Positions 42,040 to 51,331 of a DNA stretch of 64,000 nt are shown here, piece after piece. This DNA comes from Thermoanaerobaculia bacterium. GTDB taxonomy: Bacteria > Acidobacteriota > Thermoanaerobaculia > UBA5066. The stretch covers positions 512,001 through 576,000 of the forward strand of contig CAWFJJ010000028.1 of the NCBI GenBank assembly GCA_963816185.1, written 5' to 3'. Numbering within the stretch: position 1 is the first letter of the stretch; the number at the start of each line of letters is the position of its first letter. Under the pieces are notes generated by a model. It was not told where the DNA came from. It did no database searches and worked only from the letters and a program-made list of their open reading frames with translations. A program made the translations under genes and the position numbers.

Positions 42040-43611
42040 ATGTCGGCGTCCACGATCCTTCCCCTGATCGCTCTTCTTTCCCTGCCTCAGGCCGCCCGGC
42101 CCCAGGGCAGGCCCGCTCCCGAGCCCAGGCGCTCCGAAGAGGCCGCAGCTGCGAAGGCGAACCCGGCCGAGGGAAAAGAGGAGGACAAGAAGGACGAGAA
42201 GGAAGAGCCGCCCATCGTGACGCACCACGAGCTTCGCGTCGGCGGGAAAGTTCTGAAATACACGGCCACGGCGGGCCTCATGCCGCTGAGGAACGAGGCG
42301 GGCGACCTCGAGGCGCACATCTTCTACGTCGCGTACACGCTCGATCGGGGCGGCGTCCCCGTCGAGAAGCGGCCGCTCATGTTCTCGTTCAACGGCGGCC
42401 CGGGCTCGTCGTCCGTGTGGCTGCACCTCGGCGCCCTCGGACCGAAGCGCGTGAAGATGAAGGACGACGGCATGATGCCGGCGCCCCCGTACGCGCTCGT
42501 CGACAACGAAGAGACGTGGCTCACGGAAACGGACCTCGTCTTCATCGATCCGGTCGGGACGGGGTACAGCCGCGCGGTCAAGCCCGAGCTCGCGAAGAAG
42601 TTCTGGAGCGTGGAGGGCGATCTCGCGTCCGTCGGAGAGTTCATCCGCCTCTACCTCGCGCGCAGCGAACGCTGGGCGTCACCGCTCTTCCTCGTGGGCG
42701 AGAGCTACGGCACGACGCGGGCTGCCGGTCTTTCCGGCGCCCTCGTCGAGAAAGGCATCGCCTTCAACGGCATCCTCCTCGTCTCGTCCATCCTCAACTT
42801 CCAGACGGCCCGCTTCACGAAGGGAAACGACCTTCCCTACCCTCTGTTCCTTCCGACGTATGCGGCCACGGCCTGGTACCACAAGAAGCTGCCCGCCGAT
42901 CTGCAGGCGAAGCCGCTTCGGACCGTCCTCGACGAGGTCGAGAAGTTCTCCGCGTCCGGCTATCCGATCGCGCTCGCGAAGGGCGACGCGCTGACGCCCG
43001 CGGAGCGCAAGGCGATCGCCGAGCGGCTCGCCCGCTACACGGGGCTCGACTCGGCATGGATCGACCGCGCCGACCTGAGGATCGAGATCCAGCATTTCTG
43101 CAAGGAGCTGCTCCTTAACGAACGGCGCACCGTGGGCCGGCTCGACACGCGCTTCCTGGGCATCGACGAGAGCGGCGTCTCGGAGCGCCCCGATTACGAT
43201 CCGAGCAACACCGCCATCCGGCCGCCGTACACGGCCATGTTCAACCAGTACGTGCGCACCTCGCTCGGCTACAAATCGGACTCCCCGTATCAAATCCTCA
43301 TCGACCTCTTCCGGTCCTGGGACTGGGGCGCGCGAAACGGGTTCGCCGACACGAGCGAAGCCCTGCGCCAGGCGTTCGCGAAGAATCCCGACATGAAGCT
43401 CTTCGTCGCGTCGGGCCATTTCGACCTCGCGACACCGTACTTCGCGACGCAGTACACGCTCGCCCATCTGGGCCTCGACCCGAGCCAGCGCGCCCGCATT
43501 ACGACGCACGAGTACGAGGCCGGCCACATGATGTACATCCACCCGGGCGAGCTCGCGAAGCTGCGCAAGGACGTCGGCGCGTTCCTGAAAGCTGCGCTCC
43601 CGCCCCCGTAG
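42040..43611 (+). CDS. S10 family serine carboxypeptidase
   Basis: GAGGAGG RBS; FNGGPGSSS, DPVGTGYS, GESYG, DLATP, AGHMMY. Confidence 0.93.
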   Translation: MSASTILPLIALLSLPQAARPQGRPAPEPRRSEEAAAAKANPAEGKEEDKKDEKEEPPIVTHHELRVGGKVLKYTATAGLMPLRNEAGDLEAHIFYVAYTLDRGGVPVEKRPLMFSFNGGPGSSSVWLHLGALGPKRVKMKDDGMMPAPPYALVDNEETWLTETDLVFIDPVGTGYSRAVKPELAKKFWSVEGDLASVGEFIRLYLARSERWASPLFLVGESYGTTRAAGLSGALVEKGIAFNGILLVSSILNFQTARFTKGNDLPYPLFLPTYAATAWYHKKLPADLQAKPLRTVLDEVEKFSASGYPIALAKGDALTPAERKAIAERLARYTGLDSAWIDRADLRIEIQHFCKELLLNERRTVGRLDTRFLGIDESGVSERPDYDPSNTAIRPPYTAMFNQYVRTSLGYKSDSPYQILIDLFRSWDWGARNGFADTSEALRQAFAKNPDMKLFVASGHFDLATPYFATQYTLAHLGLDPSQRARITTHEYEAGHMMYIHPGELAKLRKDVGAFLKAALPPP

Positions 43612-43665
43612 GGAGCGGGAACCGAATCGAGGCGCATGGGTCCAATCCCTCGAAGGGAGATTCCG

Positions 43666-44577
43666 ATGCGCCACCAGATCCTGACCGCTCTCCTCCTCGC
43701 CGCCGGGGCCGCGAACGCCTCCTCATCGTCCGGTTTCGGCCTCGAGGTCCTCGTCGACGGACGCGAGCGTCCCGAGTACGAGGCACGCGGCACCGTCTAC
43801 GTCGAGGCCCTTCGCGGCCGCGATTACGCGCTTCGCCTTTCGAACCCGACGGGCACGCGCGTCGCCGTAGCGCTCTCGGTCGACGGGCTGAACACGATCG
43901 ACTCGCGCCGAACTTCGGCCCGGGATGCGCGCAAATGGGTTCTCGCGCCTTACGAGACCGTCGTCATTCCGGGCTGGCAGGTCTCGACCGCGGCGTCGCG
44001 AAAGTTCTTCTTCACGGGCGAGCGCGGCTCCTACGGCGCGGCCCTCGGGAAAACGAAGGATCTCGGCGTCCTCGAGGCGGTGTTCTTCCGCGAGAGGCTT
44101 CCCTACCGCATCGAGAGGCGCTGGAGAAAGGGCAAGGACCAAGAAGAGATTTCTTCGAATGAAAATGAGGACTCTGCCGCCGCGGCACCGGCGGTGCCCA
44201 GCCGAGGCGGCGATCGCGACCTTTCGAAGCAATCGTCCTCTTCGGAGGGTGCCGCCGAGAAGGGTAAGCTCTCGCAGAACGAGCCGTCCGGCACGGCACG
44301 GGACCATTCGCAGAAATCTCTTTCTTCCTCTTCGTCTCCCTCCTCGGCGCTGTCCGACGAGTACGCCGCGACCGGAATGGGGCGAAAGACGCAGTTCGGC
44401 GTGACGCAAGTCGACCTCGACCTCGAGACGGAGCCCGCCGCCGTCGTGCGGCTGCGCTACGAGTTCCGGCCGCAGCTCATCGCGCTCGGCGTCCTGCCCC
44501 GTGACCCGGACTCGTCGCGCATCGCGCGCCGCGAGCGCGCCCGCGGCTTCGAGGAGTTCTGCCCCGAAGTCCGATAG
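43666..44577 (+). CDS. Secreted hypothetical protein (beta-rich domain, low-complexity insert)
   Basis: Signal peptide; YALRLSN..VALSVDGLN..IPGWQ..FFFT..LGVLEAVFFRE. Confidence 0.7.
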   Translation: MRHQILTALLLAAGAANASSSSGFGLEVLVDGRERPEYEARGTVYVEALRGRDYALRLSNPTGTRVAVALSVDGLNTIDSRRTSARDARKWVLAPYETVVIPGWQVSTAASRKFFFTGERGSYGAALGKTKDLGVLEAVFFRERLPYRIERRWRKGKDQEEISSNENEDSAAAAPAVPSRGGDRDLSKQSSSSEGAAEKGKLSQNEPSGTARDHSQKSLSSSSSPSSALSDEYAATGMGRKTQFGVTQVDLDLETEPAAVVRLRYEFRPQLIALGVLPRDPDSSRIARRERARGFEEFCPEVR

Positions 44578-44593
44578 CCAGTCGCCACGAACC

Positions 44594-45778
44594 TCACTTC
44601 TCGTTCAGAAGCGCGAGCGCCCGGTCCGCCGCGAGGGGGCCGGGCGCCTTGCCCTGGAAGACGCGGCCCGCGCCGCCGCCCTTCCCTCCGAGAAGCGACG
44701 CGATCGCGCGACCCAGCGCCTGCGCGTCGCCGAAGCCGTCGCCGGCGCCGAGGGCGAAAACGTGCTGGCCGTCTCGCGTCGCCGTGAGGAACGCGGCGCG
44801 CGGCCCGGCTCTTTCGGAGAACCGCCGCGCGACCGCCTGAACGAACGCCATATCGCGCCCGTCGAAGTGCGCGTGCACGACACGCGGACCCGTCGCAAGC
44901 GCCGCTTCCACCGCCGCGGCCACGAGCTCCTCCTCGGCGCGGCGGAGCGCCCTCTGCGCGTCCGCGAGCTGATCCAGCTTCATCTTCGCCGCTGCCGCGA
45001 GGCCGGCGTCCGGCGCGCCGAGCAGTGTCCTCAGCGCGGCGTTCCGCTCTTCGTGGCGCGCGAACCTCCTTCGCGCCCGCCGCCCCGCCACGAAGAAGAC
45101 GCGCGTCCCGCCGCGCAAGGGCTCGGCGGACAGGAGCGCGACGAGCTCGATCTCGGCGGTGTTCGAGAGATGAGTTCCGCCGCACGTGTTGAGGTCGACG
45201 CCCTCGATCTCGACGAGCCGCACGTCGCCCGTGTGGGCCTCGGGCAGGCCACGCGTCCTGACGGGGAGCGCACGGAACTCATCGAACGTGACGCGCCGCG
45301 GGCGCACGGACCGGGCGGCCCGGATTTCCATCGCCACGCCATTCTCGAGCGCCTCGATCTCGGCAGGCGAAACAGAGCGCGCCTCGAGCTCGACGTCGCA
45401 GATCTCGGGACCGAGGTGAAAAGCCTTCGTCGGCCAGCCGAAGCGATCTTGCGCGACGGCCGAGAGCAGGTGCTGGCCCGTATGCTGCTGCATGTGGTCG
45501 AAGCGGCGGTCCCAGTCGAGCCGCACGCGCACGGGCCCGGGCGTCACAGGGGCTCCGACGTAGTGCCGGATCTCGCCGCCCGACTTCTGCACGTCGAGAA
45601 CCTCGACAGCGTCCAGGAAGCCGTGGTCCGAAGGCTGCCCGCCGCCCTCGGGAAAGAGAATGGTGTCGTCGAGAACCGCGTACGCCCGCCCCGCGTCGTC
45701 GCGCACCTCGAGGATCGAGGCGTCGAGCTCCGTGCGGTACGGCTCGCGCTCATACGCGGGAAGCCCGGTTGCGTTCAT
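44594..45778 (-). CDS. Alanyl-tRNA editing protein (AlaX-like with DHHA1 domain)
   Basis: FPEGGGQPSD, MQQHTGQHLLS, CGGTH, GGKGGG. Confidence 0.9.
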   Translation of the reverse strand: MNATGLPAYEREPYRTELDASILEVRDDAGRAYAVLDDTILFPEGGGQPSDHGFLDAVEVLDVQKSGGEIRHYVGAPVTPGPVRVRLDWDRRFDHMQQHTGQHLLSAVAQDRFGWPTKAFHLGPEICDVELEARSVSPAEIEALENGVAMEIRAARSVRPRRVTFDEFRALPVRTRGLPEAHTGDVRLVEIEGVDLNTCGGTHLSNTAEIELVALLSAEPLRGGTRVFFVAGRRARRRFARHEERNAALRTLLGAPDAGLAAAAKMKLDQLADAQRALRRAEEELVAAAVEAALATGPRVVHAHFDGRDMAFVQAVARRFSERAGPRAAFLTATRDGQHVFALGAGDGFGDAQALGRAIASLLGGKGGGAGRVFQGKAPGPLAADRALALLNEK

Positions 45779-45854
45779 GACGCCGGGAAGATTAGCGCCG
45801 CCTCACCGCGAGGCGGTAGCGCCGCCGCCCCTGGAATGACTTTCGGTTCGCTCC

Positions 45855-46430
45855 TCAGGATCTCCTCTGGACCGCGCGCACCGTCCGCAGCCATTTCAGT
45901 CGCGCCTCGAGCTGAAATCGCGCCGCCACGCTCACGCGATAGTCAGCCTCCGACGACCCGCGCTCGGCTGCCGCATAGGACCGAAGTTCTCGAATCATGA
46001 CCCGGGTCAACTCCTCGGCGCGTGAGAGAAACGCGGCTCGGTCGCGCCTCGACTTCAGGCTCTCGAGGAAATAGGCGCGCGTCCGAATTGGATCCGATGT
46101 CGCCCGGGCGGCCCAGGGCTCGAGGTCTCTGATCCAGGCCCGGATCGCGCGCGCGCCCTCCTTCGTCAACGCCAGGTCACGCCGGCCGCGGCGCGCGCCG
46201 ATCCGACTCCTGACGCTCACGAGCCTCAGCCGCAGCAGCCGTTCGATCACGGGATAGATCGAGCCGGCGCTCGCGCTCCATTCCGTCGTCGGCGAGCTCG
46301 CGAAGACGCGCCGGATCTGGTACGTGGAACAGGGCTGGAGGCGCTGGATCAGGCCGAGCGTGCAGCTTTCGAGTTCGGTCAGGTCGCCCGGCATCGCCGT
46401 TCTCCCGGCTCTTCGCGGACGGCTGGACAT
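45855..46430 (-). CDS. PadR family transcriptional regulator
   Basis: WSASAGSIYPVIERL..LTKEG wHTH with a C-terminal helical domain. Start is ATG 46430 or 46394. Confidence 0.8.
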   Translation of the reverse strand: MSSRPRRAGRTAMPGDLTELESCTLGLIQRLQPCSTYQIRRVFASSPTTEWSASAGSIYPVIERLLRLRLVSVRSRIGARRGRRDLALTKEGARAIRAWIRDLEPWAARATSDPIRTRAYFLESLKSRRDRAAFLSRAEELTRVMIRELRSYAAAERGSSEADYRVSVAARFQLEARLKWLRTVRAVQRRS

Positions 46431-46431
46431 G

Positions 46432-46450
46432 ATAGTACGAATCGTACTAT
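46432..46450. promoter_or_regulatory. Perfect 9-1-9 palindrome, probable PadR operator
   Basis: ATAGTACGA-A-TCGTACTAT immediately upstream of padR. Confidence 0.7.
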
Positions 46451-46597
46451 TTTCGAGGCCGGGACGTCGAGGTCCGGGCGGAACGGGCCCGGCGGGGAAA
46501 GGGAGAGGCAGGGCCGGACCAGGAAGTCCTGACGCTAGAGGTCGACGGATTCGTCGAGGATCGCAGGGTTCTGACGCTTGCCTCCTCGGATCCCGAC

Positions 46598-47569
46598 GTG
46601 CTGCGCCAAGACGTTCGCGCTGACGGGCTCGTCGGTGCCTTCTATTGCCGGAAGAGCGCCAGGAAACTGCCGGTGATCGTGGCCCTTGGGGGGAGCGAGG
46701 GCGGCCTCGATTTCGCCGACTGGATCGGCCCGAAGCTGGCCTCGCGCGGCTTCGCCGTGCTTGGATTGGCCTATTTCGCCCCACGCGGCAGCGCGATCGC
46801 CGGCGTGTCGACCTCTCTGAACAGGATCCCCGTCGAGCTGATCGAGAAGGCGCGCGCCTGGTTGCGCGCCCGCCCGGAAGCGGATGTCGACCGGTTCGGC
46901 CTGGTCGGGCGCTCCAAGGGCGGCGAATTCACCCTCGTCCTGGCCTCGACCTACGAGTGGATTACTGCGGCGGTCGCCTATTTCCCCGCCGACTACGTCT
47001 GGCAGGGCTTCCAATACGGTGGCGGCGGAGACATGGGCTCGTCCTGGACACGCGAAGGAAGAGATCTCGCCTTCCTGCCCTTGACCGGTACACGGGCGGA
47101 GATCGAGAGAGGCCGGCAGCCCGGCGGGAAGACGTATCTCGCGCGCGTGGCCAGGACCAACATCGCGGCGGCTTCGCCCGAGGCGCTCGCCGCGGCAACC
47201 ATCAAGGTCGAGCACAGTCACGCCGCCCTGATGCTGATCGGCGGCGGCGACGACCAGCTCTGGGATTCGGGGGCGAGCGTCGAACGCCTCGCTGCCCGGC
47301 TCAAGAGCGCGGCCTATTCCCACCCGTACGAGACCCTCGTCTATCCCGCCGCGGGCCATGACGTCGTCGGCACCGGGTGGAGGCCGACCTCGACCGAAGA
47401 CGCCGACCCCATCCAGGCAGGCGGCACACCACATGCGGATGCACACGCCCAGGCTGACTCGTGGACCAGGATGCTGAGGTTCTTGGAGCGCGAACTGCGC
47501 CCGCGCCCGAGGCTCCGTTCCTCCCGTCCGACGGGCTCCCCAGGTGAAACCTCTCCGCCACCCAATTGA
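46598..47569 (+). CDS. Acyl-CoA thioesterase/BAAT-type alpha/beta hydrolase (possibly 5'-truncated)
   Basis: LGGSEGG, GRSKGGE nucleophile, DDQLW, YPAAGH. The frame is open upstream to a TAG at 46433 with no start codon. Confidence 0.75.
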   Translation: MLRQDVRADGLVGAFYCRKSARKLPVIVALGGSEGGLDFADWIGPKLASRGFAVLGLAYFAPRGSAIAGVSTSLNRIPVELIEKARAWLRARPEADVDRFGLVGRSKGGEFTLVLASTYEWITAAVAYFPADYVWQGFQYGGGGDMGSSWTREGRDLAFLPLTGTRAEIERGRQPGGKTYLARVARTNIAAASPEALAAATIKVEHSHAALMLIGGGDDQLWDSGASVERLAARLKSAAYSHPYETLVYPAAGHDVVGTGWRPTSTEDADPIQAGGTPHADAHAQADSWTRMLRFLERELRPRPRLRSSRPTGSPGETSPPPN

Positions 47570-47643
47570 GATGAACGATTGGACTTGCGATTCTAGATGT
47601 CTCGCCGGACCTCACGCGCCGCGGATCTCTTCGCCGCAGCCGC

Positions 47644-48678
47644 CTACGAGCGCAATTCGATCGCTCGCGCTGCCGCCGCCTGGAACGCGGGCGACGGCAC
47701 GACGGCATCGAGACGCAGGCATGCCTCCGTGAATTTGATGGCATGCTCGTCGCCGCTCTTTACGGCCCCGGCGATCAGCGCCTCTCGTGACGCGCGGGGC
47801 CCTTCGACTTCCGACTGCGGCGGCTTTCCGAACACGGCGTAGATCGCCGCTCCGGCCTGCCACGCACAGGTCAGGAGGTGCGCCGCCGTCCGCGCCGAAA
47901 CGTGCGGCGCGAGAAGGCCCGCGGCGGCCGGGCCCGTCACCGCGTGAATCAATGCGATCGTACGCCCCTTGGACGTCGTCGTCCCTGCGAGAAAGACGCG
48001 GGCGAAGGCCTCCCCGAGGGCGGGGACGAAAGTCTCGGGCGCGCCCGCGTCGACGAGCGAAACCACTCCGGGGAAGTCCGGCAGCGCGGTCGCGAGCTTC
48101 AGCCCCTGCGCGATCGACCCCGTGCGCTTCACGTCCTCGGACACGCGGGGAACGTGCGTGAGCGCCTGCTCCGGCGTGAGGTGCGCCTGCAAGGTCTCCT
48201 TCCAAGGGAGCGCCTGATACGTCGCGGCCCAATAAGCGAATCCTCGCGCAACCTCCTTTCGCCGCCCCGGCATGTCGTGCCGCGCGAGCGAGCGCACCGC
48301 ATGTCCGGCCCGGATGACGCCGTGCGTCGCGGCCCCGGCAAATCCCGGCGCGAGCTCGTACACCCAGCGGTCCACGGCCGGCTCCCACGGGCCCTCTCGA
48401 AACTCCTTCAGGAAAAGAGCGAGCCAGTCCGGGTATCTCCGCACCTGGCCGAGAGCGTCGCGGATCTCGGCGCCCTTCAGAGGCGTGCCGGGCGCGGGCT
48501 CGTCACCGAGCTTCCGGCGGTACGTCTCCGTCCAGGGCACGATCGCGGCGGTCTGTTCCAGCGCGAAGAGGGCCTCGGCCGCCATCGGGCCGTGATTCGA
48601 GAGGCCGCCGCCGTACTCGGGCGCTGCTCCATCCAGAATCTCGAGGGCGTCGTCGAGGCGGTCCATTACAAGGTCCAT
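47644..48678 (-). CDS. Questin oxidase-like (DUF4243-type) protein
   Basis: NHGPMAAEAL, ATHGVIR, LIHAVTG, DEHAIKF His motifs. Confidence 0.75.
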   Translation of the reverse strand: MDLVMDRLDDALEILDGAAPEYGGGLSNHGPMAAEALFALEQTAAIVPWTETYRRKLGDEPAPGTPLKGAEIRDALGQVRRYPDWLALFLKEFREGPWEPAVDRWVYELAPGFAGAATHGVIRAGHAVRSLARHDMPGRRKEVARGFAYWAATYQALPWKETLQAHLTPEQALTHVPRVSEDVKRTGSIAQGLKLATALPDFPGVVSLVDAGAPETFVPALGEAFARVFLAGTTTSKGRTIALIHAVTGPAAAGLLAPHVSARTAAHLLTCAWQAGAAIYAVFGKPPQSEVEGPRASREALIAGAVKSGDEHAIKFTEACLRLDAVVPSPAFQAAAARAIELRS

Positions 48679-48737
48679 GCCGTCTCACGATACTCCCGAC
48701 GGCGAGAAGCCGAAGGAGCTCCTCGACGAGGACAAGA

Positions 48738-48751
48738 GTGATCGGCATCAA
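48738..48751. promoter_or_regulatory. FNR/CRP-family box upstream of cydA
   Basis: GTGAT-CGGC-ATCAA, a 9/10 match to TTGAT-N4-ATCAA; TACGAT at 48764. Confidence 0.45.
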
Positions 48752-48821
48752 GGCCGATGCGGTTACGATCACGCCCGTGGAGGACGTCTTCGCGAAGTAG
48801 CCGGCGCCCCCACCTTTCAGC

Positions 48822-50162
48822 ATGAGCGATCCTCTCTTCCTCCACCGCCTCCAGTTCGCCTTCACGATCGTCTACCACTATCTCTTTCCGGTCCTGACGA
48901 TGGGGCTGGCGTTTCTCATCGTCGTCATGAAGGCGCTCGGACTCCGTTCGGGGGGCGAGAGGTGGAATGACGCCGCGCGCTTCTGGATCCGCATCTTCGG
49001 CCTCAACTTCGCGATGGGAGTCGTGACCGGAATCCCCATGGAGTTCCAGTTCGGCACGAACTGGGCGCGGTTCTCCCGCTTCGCCGGAAACGTCGTCGGC
49101 CACACGCTCGCCATGGAGGGGCTCTTCGCGTTCTTCCTCGAGTCGAGCTTCCTCTCCCTGCTCGTCTGGGGCGAGAAACGCCTGGGCAAGAGGGGACATT
49201 TCCTCGCTGCGGTGGCGCTCTTCGTCGGAAGCTGGCTGTCCGGCTATTTCATCGTCGCGACGAACGCGTTTCTCCAGCATCCGACCGGATTTGCGGTGTC
49301 CCCCGACGGCACGCTGCGTCTCGCCGACTTCGGCGCGTTCGTCCTGAACCCGTGGGCTCTCGCCCAATACGCCCACAACATGATCGCCGCGGTCGCGACG
49401 GCGTCCTTCGTCGTCGCGGCCCTGGGCGCGTTCTATCTCCTGCAGGGAAACCACGTGGAACCGGCCCGGCTCTTCCTCAAAGTGGGGACCGTGGCCGGTC
49501 TCGTCTCGAGCGTCCTGCTCGCCTTTCCGACGGGGGACATTCAGGCGAAGCTCGTCGCGCGGTACCAGCCGGTCACGCTGGCCGCGATGGAGGGGCGATT
49601 CGAATCGGGGCCGAGGGCGCAGATCAACATGATCGGCCAGCCGAACGTGCGCGAGAAGCGCCTCGACAATCCGATCGCCGTGCCTGGCGTTCTCAGCTTC
49701 CTCGCCTACGGGCGTTTCTCGGCGGAGGTGAGGGGTCTGGACAGCTTCCCGGCGCGCGACTGGCCTGACAACATCGAGCTCCTCTACTACGCCTTCCACA
49801 TCATGGTCGGGCTGGGAACGATTCTCATCGCGATCATGGCGCTGGCGAATCTCCTGGCCTGGACCGCTCGACTCGAGAAGAGCCGGCCGATGCTCTGGAT
49901 CCTCATGCTTTCCTTCCCCTTCGCGTACATCGCGGTGACTGCGGGCTGGATCACGACGGAGCTCGGACGCCAGCCTTGGCTCGTCTACGGAGTGTTCCGG
50001 ACCGCTCAAGGTTCCAGCCAGATGGTGAGTGCCGGGACGGCTCTCTTCACGCTCATCGGGTTCTGCGGCCTCTATCTCGTCCTCGGCGTGCTCTTCCTCT
50101 TCCTCCTGACGCGAGAGATCGGGCACGGACCGGCACCGGCCTCCGAGGTCGCCCATGTTTGA
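48822..50162 (+). CDS. cydA: Cytochrome bd ubiquinol oxidase subunit I
   Basis: RLQFAFT..HYLF, GVVTGIPMEFQFGTNW, LAAMEG, ELGRQPW. Confidence 0.96.
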   Translation: MSDPLFLHRLQFAFTIVYHYLFPVLTMGLAFLIVVMKALGLRSGGERWNDAARFWIRIFGLNFAMGVVTGIPMEFQFGTNWARFSRFAGNVVGHTLAMEGLFAFFLESSFLSLLVWGEKRLGKRGHFLAAVALFVGSWLSGYFIVATNAFLQHPTGFAVSPDGTLRLADFGAFVLNPWALAQYAHNMIAAVATASFVVAALGAFYLLQGNHVEPARLFLKVGTVAGLVSSVLLAFPTGDIQAKLVARYQPVTLAAMEGRFESGPRAQINMIGQPNVREKRLDNPIAVPGVLSFLAYGRFSAEVRGLDSFPARDWPDNIELLYYAFHIMVGLGTILIAIMALANLLAWTARLEKSRPMLWILMLSFPFAYIAVTAGWITTELGRQPWLVYGVFRTAQGSSQMVSAGTALFTLIGFCGLYLVLGVLFLFLLTREIGHGPAPASEVAHV

Positions 50163-51201
50163 GCTCTGGTACGCCGTCGCCGTCTTCACCTTGACCGCGT
50201 ACGTCGTCCTGGACGGCTTCGACCTCGGCGCCGGTGCTCTCCACCTCTTCGTGGCGCGAACCGACCCGGAGCGGCGCCAGGTCCTCGCCGCGATCGGCCC
50301 GTACTGGGATGGCAACGAGGTCTGGCTCCTGGCCGCCGGCGGCGTTCTCTTCGTGGCGTTTCCGAGAGTTCTCTCCGGTGGAATCTCCGGCTTCTACTTC
50401 GCGATCTTCCTCGTCCTGTGGTGTCTGATCCTGCGAGGCATCGCGATCGAATTCAGGAGTCACGTTCAGGACCCCGTCTGGCGCCTCTCCTGGGACTTCT
50501 TCTTCGCCCTCGCGAGCTCCCTCTTGCCCGTGTTCTTCGGCGCGGCGCTCGGTAACCTGATCCGCGGGGTTCCTCTCACGTCCGAGGGCTGGTTCGAGCT
50601 CACCCTCTTCACGGACTTCAGCGCCCGCGCACCGGTCGGAATCCTCGACTGGTACACGTGCCTCGTGGGCGTCTTCGCGCTCGTCGCGCTCGCGGCCCAC
50701 GGATCGGCCTTTCTCGCCTGGAAGACCGACGGGCCCGTTCGGGAGAGAAGCCGACGGGCGGCCCGGCTCCTCTTTGCCGTCTTGACCGTGCTCTGGCTCG
50801 TCGTCACGGCCGCGACATGGAACGTGAACAGGGCGCTCCTCGAGGCGCTCGTCTCCCGTCCCCTCGCCATGCTTCTTGCCGCGCTCGCCCTCGCAGGCCT
50901 CGCCGTCGTCTTTCTGGGGCTCTCGCGGGAGCGCGATCTGTCGACGTTCCTGGGCTCTTCGGCATTTCTCGCCGGCCTCTCGACGGCGACCGCGGCCTGC
51001 GTCTTCCCCATCATGCTGCGGGCGATCCCCGATCCCGCGCTCTCGATGACGGCGTTCAACTCGGGAGGCGATCCGGCCGGCCTGAAGACGGCGGTCCGAT
51101 GGCTGTTCGTGGGCCTGCCGCTCGCGCTCTTCTATTTCGCCGTCGTGTTCCGCATTCACGGGGGCAGGGCTCGGGCGGCCGCCGAGGGCGAAGGCTACTG
51201 A
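50155..51201 (+). CDS. cydB: Cytochrome bd ubiquinol oxidase subunit II
   Basis: LDGFDLGAG, PYWDGNEVWL, LRGIAIEFR. Confidence 0.96.
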   Translation: MFELWYAVAVFTLTAYVVLDGFDLGAGALHLFVARTDPERRQVLAAIGPYWDGNEVWLLAAGGVLFVAFPRVLSGGISGFYFAIFLVLWCLILRGIAIEFRSHVQDPVWRLSWDFFFALASSLLPVFFGAALGNLIRGVPLTSEGWFELTLFTDFSARAPVGILDWYTCLVGVFALVALAAHGSAFLAWKTDGPVRERSRRAARLLFAVLTVLWLVVTAATWNVNRALLEALVSRPLAMLLAALALAGLAVVFLGLSRERDLSTFLGSSAFLAGLSTATAACVFPIMLRAIPDPALSMTAFNSGGDPAGLKTAVRWLFVGLPLALFYFAVVFRIHGGRARAAAEGEGY

Positions 51202-51331
51202 TTGGCAAGGTTCACCAGGAGGCGACGGCTACCGGCGCGGTGCGTCGAGGCCGGCAGCCGCCCCTCCCCAGCGCCGCCACTCCACTCGCGCCCGGCGCGC
51301 GACAGGTTCATCATCGGAGGCGAGGAAGGCT

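Noticed and set aside
45798-45816. Hairpin CCGCCTC-ACCGC-GAGGCGG as a terminator
   Set aside because: No U-tract on either strand, and GC hairpins are common at this composition.
51202-51331. cydX-like small gene or riboswitch between cydB and amrS
   Set aside because: No short hydrophobic ORF and no recognisable riboswitch motif.
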